From assembly GCA_030704615.1 (NCBI GenBank), contig CM060733.1, positions 10,602,001 to 10,666,000 of the forward strand: a stretch of 64,000 nucleotides of DNA, in the 5' to 3' direction. The notes below the pieces were generated by a model. It was not told where the DNA came from. It did no database searches and saw only the letters and a list, made by a program, of their open reading frames with translations. Origin of the DNA: Takakia lepidozioides. Taxonomy: Eukaryota > Plantae > Bryophyta. Made by a program: the position numbers and the translations under genes. Of the stretch, positions 40,106 through 53,652 are shown piece by piece (within the stretch, counting starts at the first letter, position 1; each line of letters opens with the position of its first letter).

Positions 40106-40439
40106 CAGTGTTGGACGGTTATTTGAATTTCTCTCTAATACCCGGCGGTTACCTATCCGGTTATATATATATATATGACCGGCGGAGGTGAAAAATGAAG
40201 TAACCGGTCCAGTTAGGAACCGGCGGAGGTCACGCATTCAAATAACCGAGCAATAAACCTCTTAAAGAACCGCCCAATACCCGCGGTTATTTGATGAAAA
40301 CCGCCGGTTATTTGAGGTTTTTGTAAGTAACCGTAACCGCTGAGGTTATATTTAGCCATAAAAACCGCAACCGCGGTTAATAGTTTCCTAAAATTCGAAA
40401 CAACCGGAATGAAAAAAATCAAATAACCGCCCAACATTG
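40106..40439. mobile_element. hAT-family MITE
   Basis: TIRs CAGTGTTGGACGGTTATTTGA and TCAAATAACCGCCCAACATTG. Perfect 8-bp TSD GTAACAAC at 40098-40105 and 40440-40447. AACCG subterminal motifs. Confidence 0.9.
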
Positions 40440-40692
40440 GTAACAACCAACACTGAAAATCATTATTTCGTACATGTCACTACTGAACCTGGCAATAGAA
40501 CAAAAATAAACCTCACATAAGCCAGTAATGTCAAATTCATTTTAGAATAAATACTTAGCATGATTGGCAATGATGTTGGTGGACCTATAAACAATGAAGC
40601 AAATAGTGAGTGTAACGATTATCTCCTCCTTCCCACACATTTTTTCCTATTAATAATCATCACCTATTTTATGTTCATCTTTCTGGTTTTGA

Positions 40693-41496
40693 CCCTTAAG
40701 TTCCCAAGCGACCTGAATCGGGTCACTTTGAATTTGCAGTTCGACCTAATTTTTGCAGATCTAATCTGATGGGGCCCACTCCTGAAGCTTTAATGACAAA
40801 GGATTTGTCTTGAGTATGATGCAAAAAACAAAATTAAAAAAAAACAAAAGTTACGAGCTACAAAAAATATCTTAGATCTCTCATTTACGTTTTGGGGCCT
40901 GAAAAGGGCTTGTTGACCGCTGATGTGGCAGGTAAACAAGCCCAAAACAGATTGCGCTGGAAAGGCCATTTTTGGCAGAAAATTAGCAATTTTGGAAAAA
41001 GCACTTCACCTTGTGGTGTGTGAGCATTACATACACACATCCACCATAGGGAAAAAAGTACTTCATTTGGAGGCACATTTTCTCTTGTCAATTTTGAGAT
41101 TTCAACCCCCATGTAATTGCATGAATAGCAAGCATAGGTGAAAAAATCATTTGGACCTGCAATTTAGTGGGGTCATGGCACTCCACTGTTGATTTGGAAA
41201 TGGTGGGTCTTGGGGCAAGCAAAATTGGATAAAGCTAGGTTTTGATTTGGTCAAACCAATTTCTTTCTCACTTCTTTTTTGGGACCTAATATTTGAGGTC
41301 CTAGCCAACGCTATAATCTCACAATTTCCACGGTGGACTTGGCTCATTTTTTGGTATGTCATGCATAAATGAGCTGGGTCCATTGCTATAAGGCTGGAAT
41401 CTCTGGATGATTTTTGGTAGGTTTCTAGGGGCAATTTACTGCAGCTGGGTACTAAAAATTAGTAAAATGTCAAAAAAGGGCTTGGGAACTTAAGGG
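40693..41496. mobile_element. TTAA-target MITE with CCCTT...AAGGG termini (piggyBac-like)
   Basis: 17-bp TIR CCCTTAAGTTCCCAAGC / GCTTGGGAACTTAAGGG. Flanks are TTGA (left) and TTAA (right). Confidence 0.75.
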
Positions 41497-41978
41497 TTAA
41501 GGAAGGAAAGCAAGGGCATGGATTTCCTTATTTGATAATCTCATGTGAATCCATAAAACGGTAGTGGTTGAGGTCTAAGCTTACAATTTGTTATTCCGGT
41601 GGCACATGATGCTCGAACCAACCCATCAGTTTAGCTTGCTTCCCTTCCTTGTTCTTTCCCAGGTTTTGGGGTTTTTCTATCATATGTCCAAATACCTCAC
41701 GTTTCATGTAAATAACGCTCTACAGGTTTACATCATCATCATAAGTTAAATATTGCCAAGGAATTTGTAGGACTAAGGATCCATGGAATACAAAGAAGAC
41801 AGTTCAAAGAGCAACCCTGTCGTGCACCGATGCCTTCTCAAAATCTCACGACTTTGCCGATGCAAATGGCTCATTGGATCCTTCCGACTGAAGTTTCTCT
41901 TCCTGCAATTAGTAATGGACTCACTTCTTGGTCCACAAATCTCCATCAGGTCGTCGAGCTACCCCTGAAGACACTGGG

Positions 41979-44900
41979 ATGGCAGAGTGCCTCGCTGCTC
42001 TCCTGAGCGCTCAGGGAGTGGTTACACCCAAGGCCCGGACTTCTCCTTGCGTTGAATGGGCGGCCATGGCCAGTCTCACATCCTGTAGCAGATTGAGGGG
42101 CCATGGTGTGGAGGTAAATTTGGTTTCCAGCTTGATGATTCCGGGCCCCAGATCGTGGCAAGGGATGGTTATGACGTCTCCCCAGCCTCCGGGAATACTA
42201 AAGAGAGGTATAGACACGAAAATCTCTGTACGGTATCTTGTGTCGTTTGCATCGGAGCGATTCCAGGCTCCATATTGCTATCAGTCCGACCTAGGTGTGA
42301 CAATGTGACTGTTGTTGCATAGCGAGTCACAGCAGTCTAGAGAAAGAGAATTGAAAGGAAATGGTGCTTTTTAAGTCCGCGAGAAGCTCAAAGAGCTTAT
42401 GGGACAAGAGGGAGAAAGAAACAAGAAGAGAGAGCGGCCACAAACAGCCCAAAAGCAACTAAAGCTGAAGGGATTGTCTAAGAGCAACGCTTCATGCCAA
42501 GTAAGCTGCCAAGCATTTCTGATCCTCGTAATGGAAGACCTCTATGAGAGACTGTTTATCCCCGAATAGGCAGTTGAATTTCCTACGGATCTCTTGAAAG
42601 AAGAAATGTTCTTCACTCTCTCTGTATTTTGTGGCAGTCGGGAGGCAATGGAGAGTCCATTGCACTCAAAAAAGTTTGACCCCCCCCAGTATACCAAGAG
42701 TGCTTGAAACCAGCTGTTTTGAGCCTCATAGATGTTGTGAGGGCCCGGGCTGTCAACCCTTTGGGTGACATGAACAAGAGAGAGGGGCAAAGGAAGGGAC
42801 ACGTGTAGAACAACAAAGAACCAAACTGCAGAATTGCAGAAATTGAATTCAAAGAACTACTCAAGTGTGGCCCAGAGGCGCAGAGAGATAGAAAATTCAT
42901 GTAAACCCCTCAGTAAGACTCTGACATTTTAGAGCTGCTAACTAAATATGTAAAGGTGTTTCGATGCAGGCAAAGCAGTGACCAAAGATCAGCTCTGGCG
43001 GGAGTTCTTCTCAGATCCTTCACAATGGTGGGACAACAGATTTGATAAGGTGAGGCTATCTTTGTGAAAGGGCTGAAGGAGTCTGTCAATGAGGGCTGGT
43101 AACTGAAGCGGGCATTACTATGTTTAGTGGACTGGATTTTATTTTCCATTTGCAGTGACACTTCTACTCAAAGTCCCAACACAGGCTCATTTCTTAGTGT
43201 TGCTCTCAATAGGGTGTCCTTCTTTGTTAGCAGAACATACAAGTAGGTTGCTCAAGATTGTTCCCTGTCATTTGAAAGAGGCTTGGTGCTTTGGTGATTG
43301 TAGCCTGATCTGTGCAACGCTGTTGTTGAAGCTATGGCCTCTCAGGTCTCCACTGGTGTTTTTCACAGAAGAGTCCAGGATCGCCCGACTTCAAACATAA
43401 GCGGACAAAGGAAGTCCTTTGGGTTGAGAGTTGGTCAAATGCTCCTTGGGTGAAAGCAGAACTAGCTGCCATGATACAGGGTCAAGCACCTTGTGTTGAT
43501 GTGAGGACAATATGTATGGCAGGACGACTTACAGAGGCCCTGCACATACTAAGCCAACCAGGCACTGCAGCAGACTCGGATACTTATGTCTGTCTCTTGC
43601 GGGAGTGCATCAAAATTGAAAACCTCAAAATGGGAAAGCAGGTACATGCCCATATAATCAAAAGTGGATTTAAGCCAAACATCTTTCTACTCAGCACCCT
43701 TGTCAACATGTATGCCAAGTGTGGCAGCTTGATGGATGCCCGTCAAGTATTTGACAAAATGCCTGAACGAGATCTCTTTACTTGGACTATAATGATTGCA
43801 GGATATGCTGAGCATGGGTTTGGTAGGGAGGCTTTGGAAATTTATAAACAAATGACACGGGATGGGGCAACACCCAATGATGTAACATTCATTTGCGTCC
43901 TCAAGGCATGTGCCAGCCTAGGATCTCTGGAATACGGCAAAGAGGTTCATACTGACATCATCAAAGCTGGAAATGCACCATTTGTTAATTTGGAGAATAC
44001 CCTTATCAACATGTACGCCCAATGTGGGAGCATGAAGGATGCAATTCAAGTGTTTGAGAATATGGCTGAACAAAATGTGGTCTCATGGAATGCAATGATT
44101 TCAGGATATGCTCAGCATGGGTGTGGAAGGGAGGCTTTCGAGATGTATGAGCACATGATGCGGGCAGGGGTGATGCCTGACAGGGTCACATTCATTTGCA
44201 CTCTCAATGCATGTGCGAATCTTGCAGTGCTGGAAGGGGGCAAAGAGGTCCATGCTGACATCTGCCGAGCTGGGATTGCTTCAGATACCATTCTGGACAC
44301 TGCCTTGGTTAACATGTATGCCAAATGTGGAAGCCTGAAGGATGGGCGTCAGGTGTTCAAGAGAATGGTTCAAAAGAATGTGGTCTCATGGAGTGCAATG
44401 ATCTCAGGATACGCTCAGCATGGGTGTGGCAGGGAGGCTTTGGAGATGTATGAGCAAATGATTCAGGAGGGAGTAATGCCCAACAGCATCACGTTCATTG
44501 CTGTTCTCAAGGCATGTGCCAGCCTACGAGCCCTAGAAGAGGGCAAAGAGGTCCATACTGACATCATCAAAGCTGGGACTAGTCCAGATGTTAATCTGGA
44601 GAATACCCTTATTAGTATGTATGCCAAATGTGGGAGCTTAAAGGATGCGCATCAAGTGTTCAACAACATGGGTCAAAGAGATGCGGTCTCATGGAATACG
44701 ATGATTGCAGGGTATGCACAGCACGGGTATCGTTTGGAGGCTTTTCAGATCTATGACCAAATGATTCAGGAAGGGGTGATGCCCAACAAGGTCACATTTA
44801 TTTGCATCCTCAAGGTGTGTGCTAGCCTGACAACCCTGGAAAAGGGGAAGGAGGTCCATGCTGACATCATCAAGGCTGAAATTGCGCCAGATGTCATTTT

Positions 44901-45909
44901 GGAGACTACCCTTGTCTCCATGTATGCCAAATGTGGGAGCATGAAGGATGCACATCAAGTGTTTGAAGCGATGGCTGAACGGAATGTGGTTTCATGGAGT
45001 GCCCTGATCACAGGATATGCTCAGCATGGGTTTGGAAGGGAGGCTGTCCAATTATTTGAACAGATGCAACAGGAGGGCTTTACACCTGACGGTATCACAT
45101 TTACATGTGTTCTCACTGCATGTAGCCACGTGGGCCTAGTTGATGAAGGCCGTCACTATTTTGATTCTATGAGACGAGATCATGGCCTCAGTCCCATAGA
45201 GGAGCAGTTTGGCTGCATGGTGGACCTTCTTGGCCGTGCAGGGAGATTGGGTGAGGCGGAGGACTTCATTAAGAAAATGCCAATTAAACCAGGCACCGCG
45301 GTGTGGGGGGCCTTGCTTGGTGCCTGCAGAATTCATGGTAATGTGGAGGTAGCAGAACGTGTGGCAAAATGCCTTCTGAAGTTGGACCCACACGATGCTG
45401 CAATTTATGTGCTGCTATCGAATATCTATGCTGCTGCTGGCAGGTGGGCTGATACAGCAAAGGTGAGGAAAATGATGCAGCATAGAGGTGTCAGAAAGGA
45501 GCCAGGGAGCAGCTACATTGAGGTGGACAACCAGGTGCACACATTCATTGTAGGTGACAAATTGCATCCGCAAATTGAGGAAATCCATGCCGAGCTGAAA
45601 AGACTGTATGGACAGATGAAGGAGGCTGGGTATCTGCCTGACACACGCTTCGTGTTGCATGATGTGGAGGAGGAGCAAAAGCAATTTTCTCTTTGTCACC
45701 ACAGTGAGAAGCTGGCCATTGCTTTTGGGCTGATCAGCACACCCCCTGGGACGCCTATCCGCATCATCAAGAACCTTCGGGTGTGTGGTGACTGCCACAT
45801 TGCCACCAAGTTCATCTCAAAGATTGCTAGGCGAGCACTTGTTGTACGAGATGCAAACCGTTTTCACCACTTCCAGGAGGGCGTTTGCTCTTGTGGGGAC
45901 TACTGGTGA
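41979..45909 (+). CDS. PLS-E-DYW PPR protein (organellar C-to-U RNA editing factor), probably 2 exons (41979-42294 and 43460-45909), about 921 aa
   Basis: Uninterrupted ORF with about 5 PLS triplets, PGSSYIE (PG box), HSEKLA, CGDCH and terminal CSCGDYW. A phase-1 donor at 42295 matches a phase-1 acceptor at 43459. The first exon is inferred. Confidence 0.9.
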
Positions 45910-48900
45910 ATTGAGCACCATAGGTGAGAGTGTGTTGCTGCATTTGGAAACGGGTGCAGATGATAAGTTGTCGTTGCTTTTGTTAGCAAGCAGTATATTT
46001 GAAAGAAACGATGGTGTCCTTGAATGCCAGTCAGTACTGCATTTTCTGGGAGGGGCCCAGGGGTGATTATCATACAAGTGTGATTTGGTTAGGTCATGAA
46101 AACCTTATTGCACACATATTGACAACAGATTTTGCAAGAATAGTGGCACGAGGAATCCTGTCAGTGTACGGATGTGAACACAAGACTTGCATTTGGGATG
46201 TCTTGCAGTTTGAGCTGAATTTGTCACACGTTGGTAGTTGGTGCAGAAGGACAGGACAGTTGTCTGTCCAGGAGCTTGAGAATAGCCTTGCAGATGGTGG
46301 GAAATGACTGTAAAAGGTGGTCTAGGCACAAGCCTAGCAACTTTCCAAAGATGAAGAGGCAAATGATTGAAAATGCTGCAGGGGGTAAGGTGTGCTGATA
46401 CTTCGACAACTACACTGAAATAAGCTTACTACTGGGGCCATACTCTGTCGCATCATCTCAACATGGTCTTTTGACCCGTATATATAGTGTATTTGCTGGG
46501 CGCAGGCCTGTCATTTTGTCAGTGGGTGTACATTTAGATAGATAAATCTTGGTAACAATGGCCACATTTCATTCCTGTCTCAAGTTTATCGTGGTGTTTG
46601 TACATGCTGCTTCAATCCTATGCTTCTTACATTGTGTTGTATTCTTGCACAGAAAATTTAAGAACTCCCACCACTCTTGTAGACTCTTGACTAGTGACGA
46701 GTCAGCAAACCACCCAGTTTTTGCTACTAGCTTTCCAACCAGGTGGCTTGTTAGCTGCTCCTGCCATAACTACAAATGTTTTGAACTGATGGGTGCCAAT
46801 GCAAATGCAGGTGGCAAAGCCCTGCAATGGACAATGATGATAGGTTAGCAGCCATGAATTTTTTTGTGCGGAAGTTGAGGAGCCAAGTGTATCTCGGTGG
46901 AAATATCAACAGGAGCTGGCCCCCGGGTGTGGATGAAGTCGTGAACGTAGAGGCTGTGGTGGGTAAGGAGGTTGAGGAGATGAAGTTGACAGTGTAAGCA
47001 AGTGACATGGCCATAGTCGTGTAGTGCACAGGGCCTTCAAAGGGCACACGTGGCTGTCAACTGCAATGGGATTTGCAAGCATGAGGCCTGTCATGACTCA
47101 GCTGAGTAGCATCTTATTACAGGTGATCACTTTGGTTATTGCGCCCTTTTAGGCAGTTTAACCTCTCTGTCAATACATGGATGCTTGTTGGCCAGGATGG
47201 GCTGTCCACTGTCACCATCCGTGACAACCCTTGGATGAACAATCTAGTTTTGTAGGGTGTGGTCGGAATGTGTCTGCCTTGTGAACTACGTCTTTGGGAG
47301 GAACTGGGCTGCAATCATTGGGGGAACATCTGGAAACAAGTTGTGACGCATCTGTTTCACGGACGCTTAACATTATTGTCTTCAACGATGAACATGCAGA
47401 GCATGAAGGAAGATCTCAGATCTGCTGAATTGGTGGTCCAGTTTGTAGTTGATGCCGAGCCCTCCAGGTTGATGAAGTGAACTTGATGTTTGAGCAAATT
47501 TTAGTAAATCAATGCCTTTGTGTACAAGTGTCAATTGACTAAGAGTGCGGGTCTCAACCGTTGATCAGTCACAAGTTCGTGCAGCATTTGTCGGCGGAAT
47601 CAAGTCTGCTAGGACATGTAGATCAATGATCAGGAGGCAATGGTTGTAGGGATTTACCCACAAAAGGAAATCTGTTCATTTGGGTATGATATTTGTTGGC
47701 TGGTATGGGGGTCACCTGCTTTTCTGATGCAATCTTTGTTACAGAAAGGGAATGGACAGTTTTGTGAAACATTTCATAAGGTGAAGGAGAATTTCTAATA
47801 ACATCTACTGATAGCCATAGGTATATGGGACTGAAAACTTGGATGGAGCAACACATGCAGTCCCGACAATGCAAATTTTGGCCTTCTAAACACGAAGAAG
47901 CTCTAAAAAAAATTCTGCTCAGAATTCCGTTTCATCTGGTTGAACAAAATTCTGCCTGCTAGTACCAGTCTAAGAGAGAACGGGTTGAACCTCAGAAAGT
48001 GCTTGCATGTCGATTTCATAGGCCTTTCTGGAACAAGCTTGCTTTCACCAAGCGTGTCATTTTGCCGAGTTCGCCTTTCTGGTAATAGAAAGCTCACATT
48101 CACAATCAGGCTAACTTTTCAAGTCTGACCACTGCAGTTGGCATGTAAGTTTGGACTTCAGCTTGAGTACATCCTGGCACTCTCAATCTTTGGCTTTTTC
48201 CAGCTTTAGTCAGAGGCTCACGTTCTTTGTGCCCTCATTCATGGTTGCTCATTTTGTGTCTATCCACACAAGTGTTGTCTGAACAAGATAAGTGGGTGCC
48301 GGGCCTTCCCTATATCTTTGACCATCTTGAGAACCAGAGCGCCACAACAGGATAACCTTACCACAGAGGAACTTGGTCGCCCATATGATTGTTGAGAGGC
48401 AGCAGATTCATCCACTGTTTTCGGTGAACGCATAGACGAAGTCAAATTCTGCACATGGAGGTCTGCAAAGGTCGGCCATTATGGGAATACTGTCGGAGTT
48501 GCTATAGTACACCCTCTGTTGTAGAGGTCGTACCCATACTGAATGATAGGGAAACGGTAGTTGTTTATTGGGGCGTTTCAGAGATCTGGCAACTCTTGCG
48601 TGACACGGCCATCTCATTTGGGAAGCCTCTTAAATGTTGTTTGCAATGTCAGGAGGATCATCTGCCCTCATGGATGGAGCATCTATAATTCCCGCTTCTA
48701 CAACTGTCACCAACACTTTTGCACTTGCTTACTTTGGATTTCCACGCAAAACAAAGCTGGATAAATGAAGCTAGACAATTGCTACATAGATTGTCATACA
48801 ATTATCCGGCTCACACACCAATGATTGATACTCTCCATACTTACTAGGAGCCACTGAAGTCGATTCATAATACATATAAATCAGTTCCATGAAAACAAAG

Positions 48901-49948
48901 TGACGAGTTATAAGTTAGCTCTCACTCATCTCACATCTGTACACAATACCAGGCATATTCATCGGATTCCCAGATTGCACAAAATCACCTTTAACTACTG
49001 CTGCCCCGTACAGGGTCAACATGCACTTTTGCATCACATCGCTTAAATGTCGGCTCAGGAGGAATATGCTATCTGTCAGGTTGATGCTTGTTTCCATCTC
49101 AAGACAACCCAATTCCTAGTTATAAACTGAGCTTCAGCGTCTGGGAAGGTTGCCATGGATTCTCCAGAGTTAATAAACTGATGGGAGAGAAAACCCAATG
49201 CATGGTGTCAGTGCATGCAGCAAAAATTTTGGGTCACAGAGAACATGCGGCGCCCAGTTGGATGACAATAATATATGCAAAAGCTGCGCTGACATGAAAG
49301 GAAGATGAACATTGCGACATCAATAAAGAAGGCACAGGAATGCGAAAACGCTACCGCAGTTTCCTCCACATCAATGCATCCGGGCCACTATACCGTGTGG
49401 AAGCTTCTGGGGCCCACACGCAGGCGGCCTCGCATGATCGCCATCGCCATCGCGATGTCACTCACGCGTGGGCGCGTGGCGACTCCGCTCTGCTCTGCAC
49501 ACAACCATACTTACATACCGACACTTCACTTCCTCATCTCTCACACACAATTAGCACTACAGACATCCAAACAAAGCCAACTCCACATTCCTTGCGGAGT
49601 GGCTGCCTGTTGGCGTCATATATATATGTGTGTTCCAGTGGCAGTCCAGATGGGGCTCAATGAATCACCCCTGAACGTCAAGGCGACCACATTGGTTTAA
49701 GTATTTTTATTTTTTTCCGAAGGGGTGCCCCTCGCAAATTGCCGGCATGGTGACTCATACAATTTCTCACACTTGAAGAAGAGAGGCCTGGTCCCATAGT
49801 ATCGTGAGTTCCGCAAATATGGCATACCAGTCTACAAAGCAAAGTGTGAGTTTTTGAACTGGATCAATAAGACTGCTCTGTCTTAAGTGATATCTGCCCG
49901 CCAATAAAATAGTCTGAACAATTTTAAGCAATTTAGTACACAAATTAA

Positions 49949-50345
49949 CCCTTAAGTTCCCAAGCGACCTGAATGGGGTCACTTTGAATTTGCAGGGTCG
50001 ACCTAATTTTCGCAGATCTAATCTGATGGGGCCCACTCCTGAAGCTTTAATGCCAAGGGATTTGTCTTGAGTATGATGCAAAAAACAAAAGCTATGACCT
50101 ACAAAAAATATCTTAGATCTCTCATTTACGTTTTGGGGCCTGAAAAGGGCTCGTTGACTGCTGATGTGGCAGGTAAACAAGCCCAAAACAGATTGCACTC
50201 CAAAGGCCATTTTTGGCAGAAAATTAGCAATTTTGGAAAAAGCACTTCACCTTGTGGTGTACATACACACATCCACCATTGGCTTTTAAAAAATTTGTAG
50301 AAAAAAAAATACTTCATTTGGAGGCACATTTTCTCGCCTCTCATT
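49949..50345 (+). mobile_element. Second copy (left end) of the TTAA/piggyBac-like element
   Basis: Starts TTAA|CCCTTAAGTTCCCAAGCGACCTGAAT and is highly similar to 40693-41095, then diverges. No right TIR was seen. Confidence 0.8.
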
Positions 50346-51935
50346 TTTGAATAATTGGGAGTTTATGTAGCGCGTGTGGGATAGGGCGTACATGGACGCG
50401 GGGTCGCCCTCCCCCCTGACCCCACTTGCCAGCCGCGCAGCGCGTGGCCCTACCCGCCGCTCGGATTGCGGCCCCCGCCCGCCCTCGCCGCTGGGTCCGC
50501 CCGCCATCGGCTCCCTAGTGGGTCTGCCCAAGCTTGGTCTGCCCACTGGTGGCGCATGTGCAGACCGCACAGCAGACCCAGACCTACGTGGTGCGCATCT
50601 GCCCGTCCAGATCCGGTTTTATCTAGACCGTCCGGATTTAGGGCATGCCATGGCACTCGCCGATCTTCTCAGACCCCCTTTGTTTTTGTTTTTTTTTCTT
50701 TGTTGTCGGTGTTGCTTGCTGCTATTTGTTGTTTGACTGTTTAGAACCAACAGACTCGCTGGTTGTGAAGAATCCCTTTGCATGACTCCATGGACTCTCT
50801 GGCAACGTCGGAGTCCATCGTTTCAAGCCACAGCCTCTTTGTTCATATGCTTCTACTATTTTTGCTTTGTTGTTCGCCTATTCGTGGGACTGTTTGAGCG
50901 CGGGGAAGACGTCCTTGTTTACATTGACTTTACAATGCAGACTTGAATGGAAGTATTTAGGTCTTTGCTAACAAGTACGACTCATTTTAGTGGACAACAA
51001 TTGAGAATCGGCCTTTCCCTTGTCACACTGTCTTGTTCGAGGCTTGTCCTCTATATAGCATGTGTGGAATGACATTGCAAAAATAGCGGAAGCATATGTG
51101 CATGGCTGGCTGTATGAAATTCCGATTTCCTCCCGAGTTCCGTCTCTTAGATGTTGTTTGTAGGTGGACACATCGATGCAGGACGAAATGGGCATGTGTG
51201 GCGGAATTTTTTATGCAACGAATCAGTGGACCTTCCAAGTGTTACCATGACAGTGCGGGGATGCAGAGACCCAGCCGGGGGACCATTGAAATGGTGAAAC
51301 GGGTGGGGACACACTGCAGACAGAAGGCAGAGCAGGAGAAGAGAAGAGTGCACCATGCCAGTCTGGACGAGAAGACCGAACCAACAGACTAGCCTGGAAA
51401 ACTCTGGTCAGACCCCGACGGCAGACTGAGTGCAGACAATCTTTGCCACACGAATGCGACAGACCAGTGCCATAGTTGCTTTTGGCAGACCCTTTTGGCG
51501 GAAGGACGTAGGGCAAACCATGGAAGTCCTTGGCGGCGGCCATTATTGTGCCGCCGGGACGTTTGATGTTTCGACGGCAGTCCAATGGCCGACGTGCATG
51601 GCCTCGGCGGTCGCATGCGTGCTCATGTCACGCTTAACAGTGAGTCATTACGTTGGGGTCCTCGCCTCTTCTTTCTCTTGTGTCTTTCGCGTCTCTCCAC
51701 TTTGCGACTGCATGTTGTGTTGCGCTTCGCGGTTTCAGCCTCTTCGACTCGACGATTCGTTTGTAGCGTCCGCCCGCTCTTCAAAGGCCACGTGTGTCCC
51801 GTCGTTGCCGAAGTGCAAAGGTATCAACTTCACCAGACTTCTTCACCGCGAGACCTTCATTTCTTTTTTTGCTTAATTTTTTTCATTTGCATTCAGCAGA
51901 CCGTCTCTGACACAATTCCTCCTTAGGTTGCAGCC

Positions 51936-52382
51936 ATGGAAGAAGCTTGCCCAAAGGGTGGAGCCGATTGGGTGGAATATGTGCATGCCTCTCGGCACAA
52001 AGCCAAGAGAAGGTACTGGTATGAGCCAAGTGAGTGCGATGCTAAAATAATAGAAACATTTTTGGACTTGCGCGTAGTGAAGGAGAAAGAGAACTGGCCA
52101 AAGGATCGGTTTCAATGCATCTTTTGCCCCGATATTGTCAAGGACAAAGAAACTCTATACCGCCATGCCCTTGATGGAGGATGTATGGTCCCTGAGAACT
52201 TCAAGCCTTGGCCTGAGCCAAGTTCGTCTAAGGCTGCAAAAGAAATCACTGCAAAGTGTAGGGGTGCGCATGCCGTCGCTCGGTCTGCTGAGGAAGTGTG
52301 GCAACGTTATTACACTGAAGTCGGCCTGCTAGGCCCGGGCCTCGTTGTGCCAGTTGTCATGGTTTTGTTTGTGATTAGTTAG
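51936..52382 (+). CDS. Hypothetical 148-aa protein with C2H-type zinc finger
   Basis: FQCIFCPDIVKDKETLYRHALDGGC. It is preceded by a pyrimidine tract and AG, so it may be a terminal exon. Confidence 0.35.
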   Translation: MEEACPKGGADWVEYVHASRHKAKRRYWYEPSECDAKIIETFLDLRVVKEKENWPKDRFQCIFCPDIVKDKETLYRHALDGGCMVPENFKPWPEPSSSKAAKEITAKCRGAHAVARSAEEVWQRYYTEVGLLGPGLVVPVVMVLFVIS

Positions 52383-52504
52383 AAATAGTTATTTCTAGCT
52401 AATTATGACATTATACATTTATATTTGTATTTTGTTGGCATTGGGACTTCATTTGGTTCCATATGCCAAGTGACACTACAACAGATGAGCGTTTTTATGA
52501 TTTC

Positions 52505-53095
52505 ACATATGACTATTTTTTCAGTCTTATATGCGTTCATGACTACATCACTCTGTAGTGAAAAAAAACCCTGTCATAGCGACTAGTCTTTAGGACTGCG
52601 TTTTGCAAGTCATATCCGTGACTGCTTGCGTGGCACCTGGAGTCATGCTGCAGAGAGGGTTGCAGTCACAACTATATGACTAATATATGACTACATTGTC
52701 TGTTGAGCGCTGCCTACATAGAGAGGCTTCAGCGAGACACGTGCGCCACTGCGCAAGCGACACGTCATGCATTCATCAGGAGATCATATGACTATATGTC
52801 TGCAAAGTGATGCCTACATGGAGAGGTGACGGATGGACACGTGCGCCACTGCGAATTTGACATGTCACGACTTCTTGCCATGATCATATGACTACATGTC
52901 TGCACAGTGATGCCTACATGGAGAGGCGCTAGCAGGACACGTGTGCTATGGCAGATTTTACACGTGGTGACTACATGACTCGCTCATATGACTACAGGGA
53001 TGTCTACATGGAGAGTTGTTAGCGGGACACCTGTTGCACTTGAGATGTGACATGTAGCACACAGACAAAATATATGACTAGCATATATGACTACG
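52505..53095 (+). repeat. CACTA-2 subterminal repeats, including about 4 tandem units of roughly 100 bp
   Basis: Units of ATATGACTACAT...TGCCTACATGGAGAG...GACACGTG start near 52685, 52785, 52885 and 52985. Confidence 0.85.
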
Positions 53096-53652
53096 GATCT
53101 TTACACGTGGTGAAAATATGGATAAAGAATGTCGTATCATATAGTGCCACGTGTTCTGGTTTGAGCAAGAGTGATGCCACGTGTCATCAAGATTGTTTTC
53201 CGAAATAGTTTATATTTTTAATGTTCATATTTTATTTTTTAGTTTTCATTTAATATTTAAAAGAATAGGGAGATTGCAGCCTTGGATTTTTTTTTTAATG
53301 GTATTATTTTTAATATTATTATTTAAAATGAAAGTGAATTAAATGATTTAAAATCTTCATTACATGGTGAAATTCCAACATGAAAATAGAATGGATCCCT
53401 CCTGCATACTATCAACCACAAGGAGAATGAAAATAGTCAACTACAGGGCAATACAAGCCCTATAAATCACATTACAAAAATCCAAAGGAGACCAATGTCC
53501 CAATGGACACCTCAAAAGCCACAAGATCAAAAAATCCATGCCTCAAAAGGCCCAGCCAAAAACAAGCAAGCCCACACAAGGGCTGAATTGTTGTAGCTAG
53601 TATGTTCTAGTGCTATTAGAATCAAGAACTCTGTTAAACAGTGCAATACTGA

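Noticed and set aside
43450-43459. GTG start codon for the PPR-DYW gene
   Set aside because: Better explained as the intron end, with an acceptor AG at 43458-43459, or by the ATG at 43471.
46850-49300. Possible decayed coding or TE sequence
   Set aside because: Only short ORFs; I could not recognise any motif.
52551-52560. TAGTG as the right end of a tiny CACTA element
   Set aside because: Subterminal motifs continue well past it and the flanking trinucleotides do not match (TGA versus AAA).
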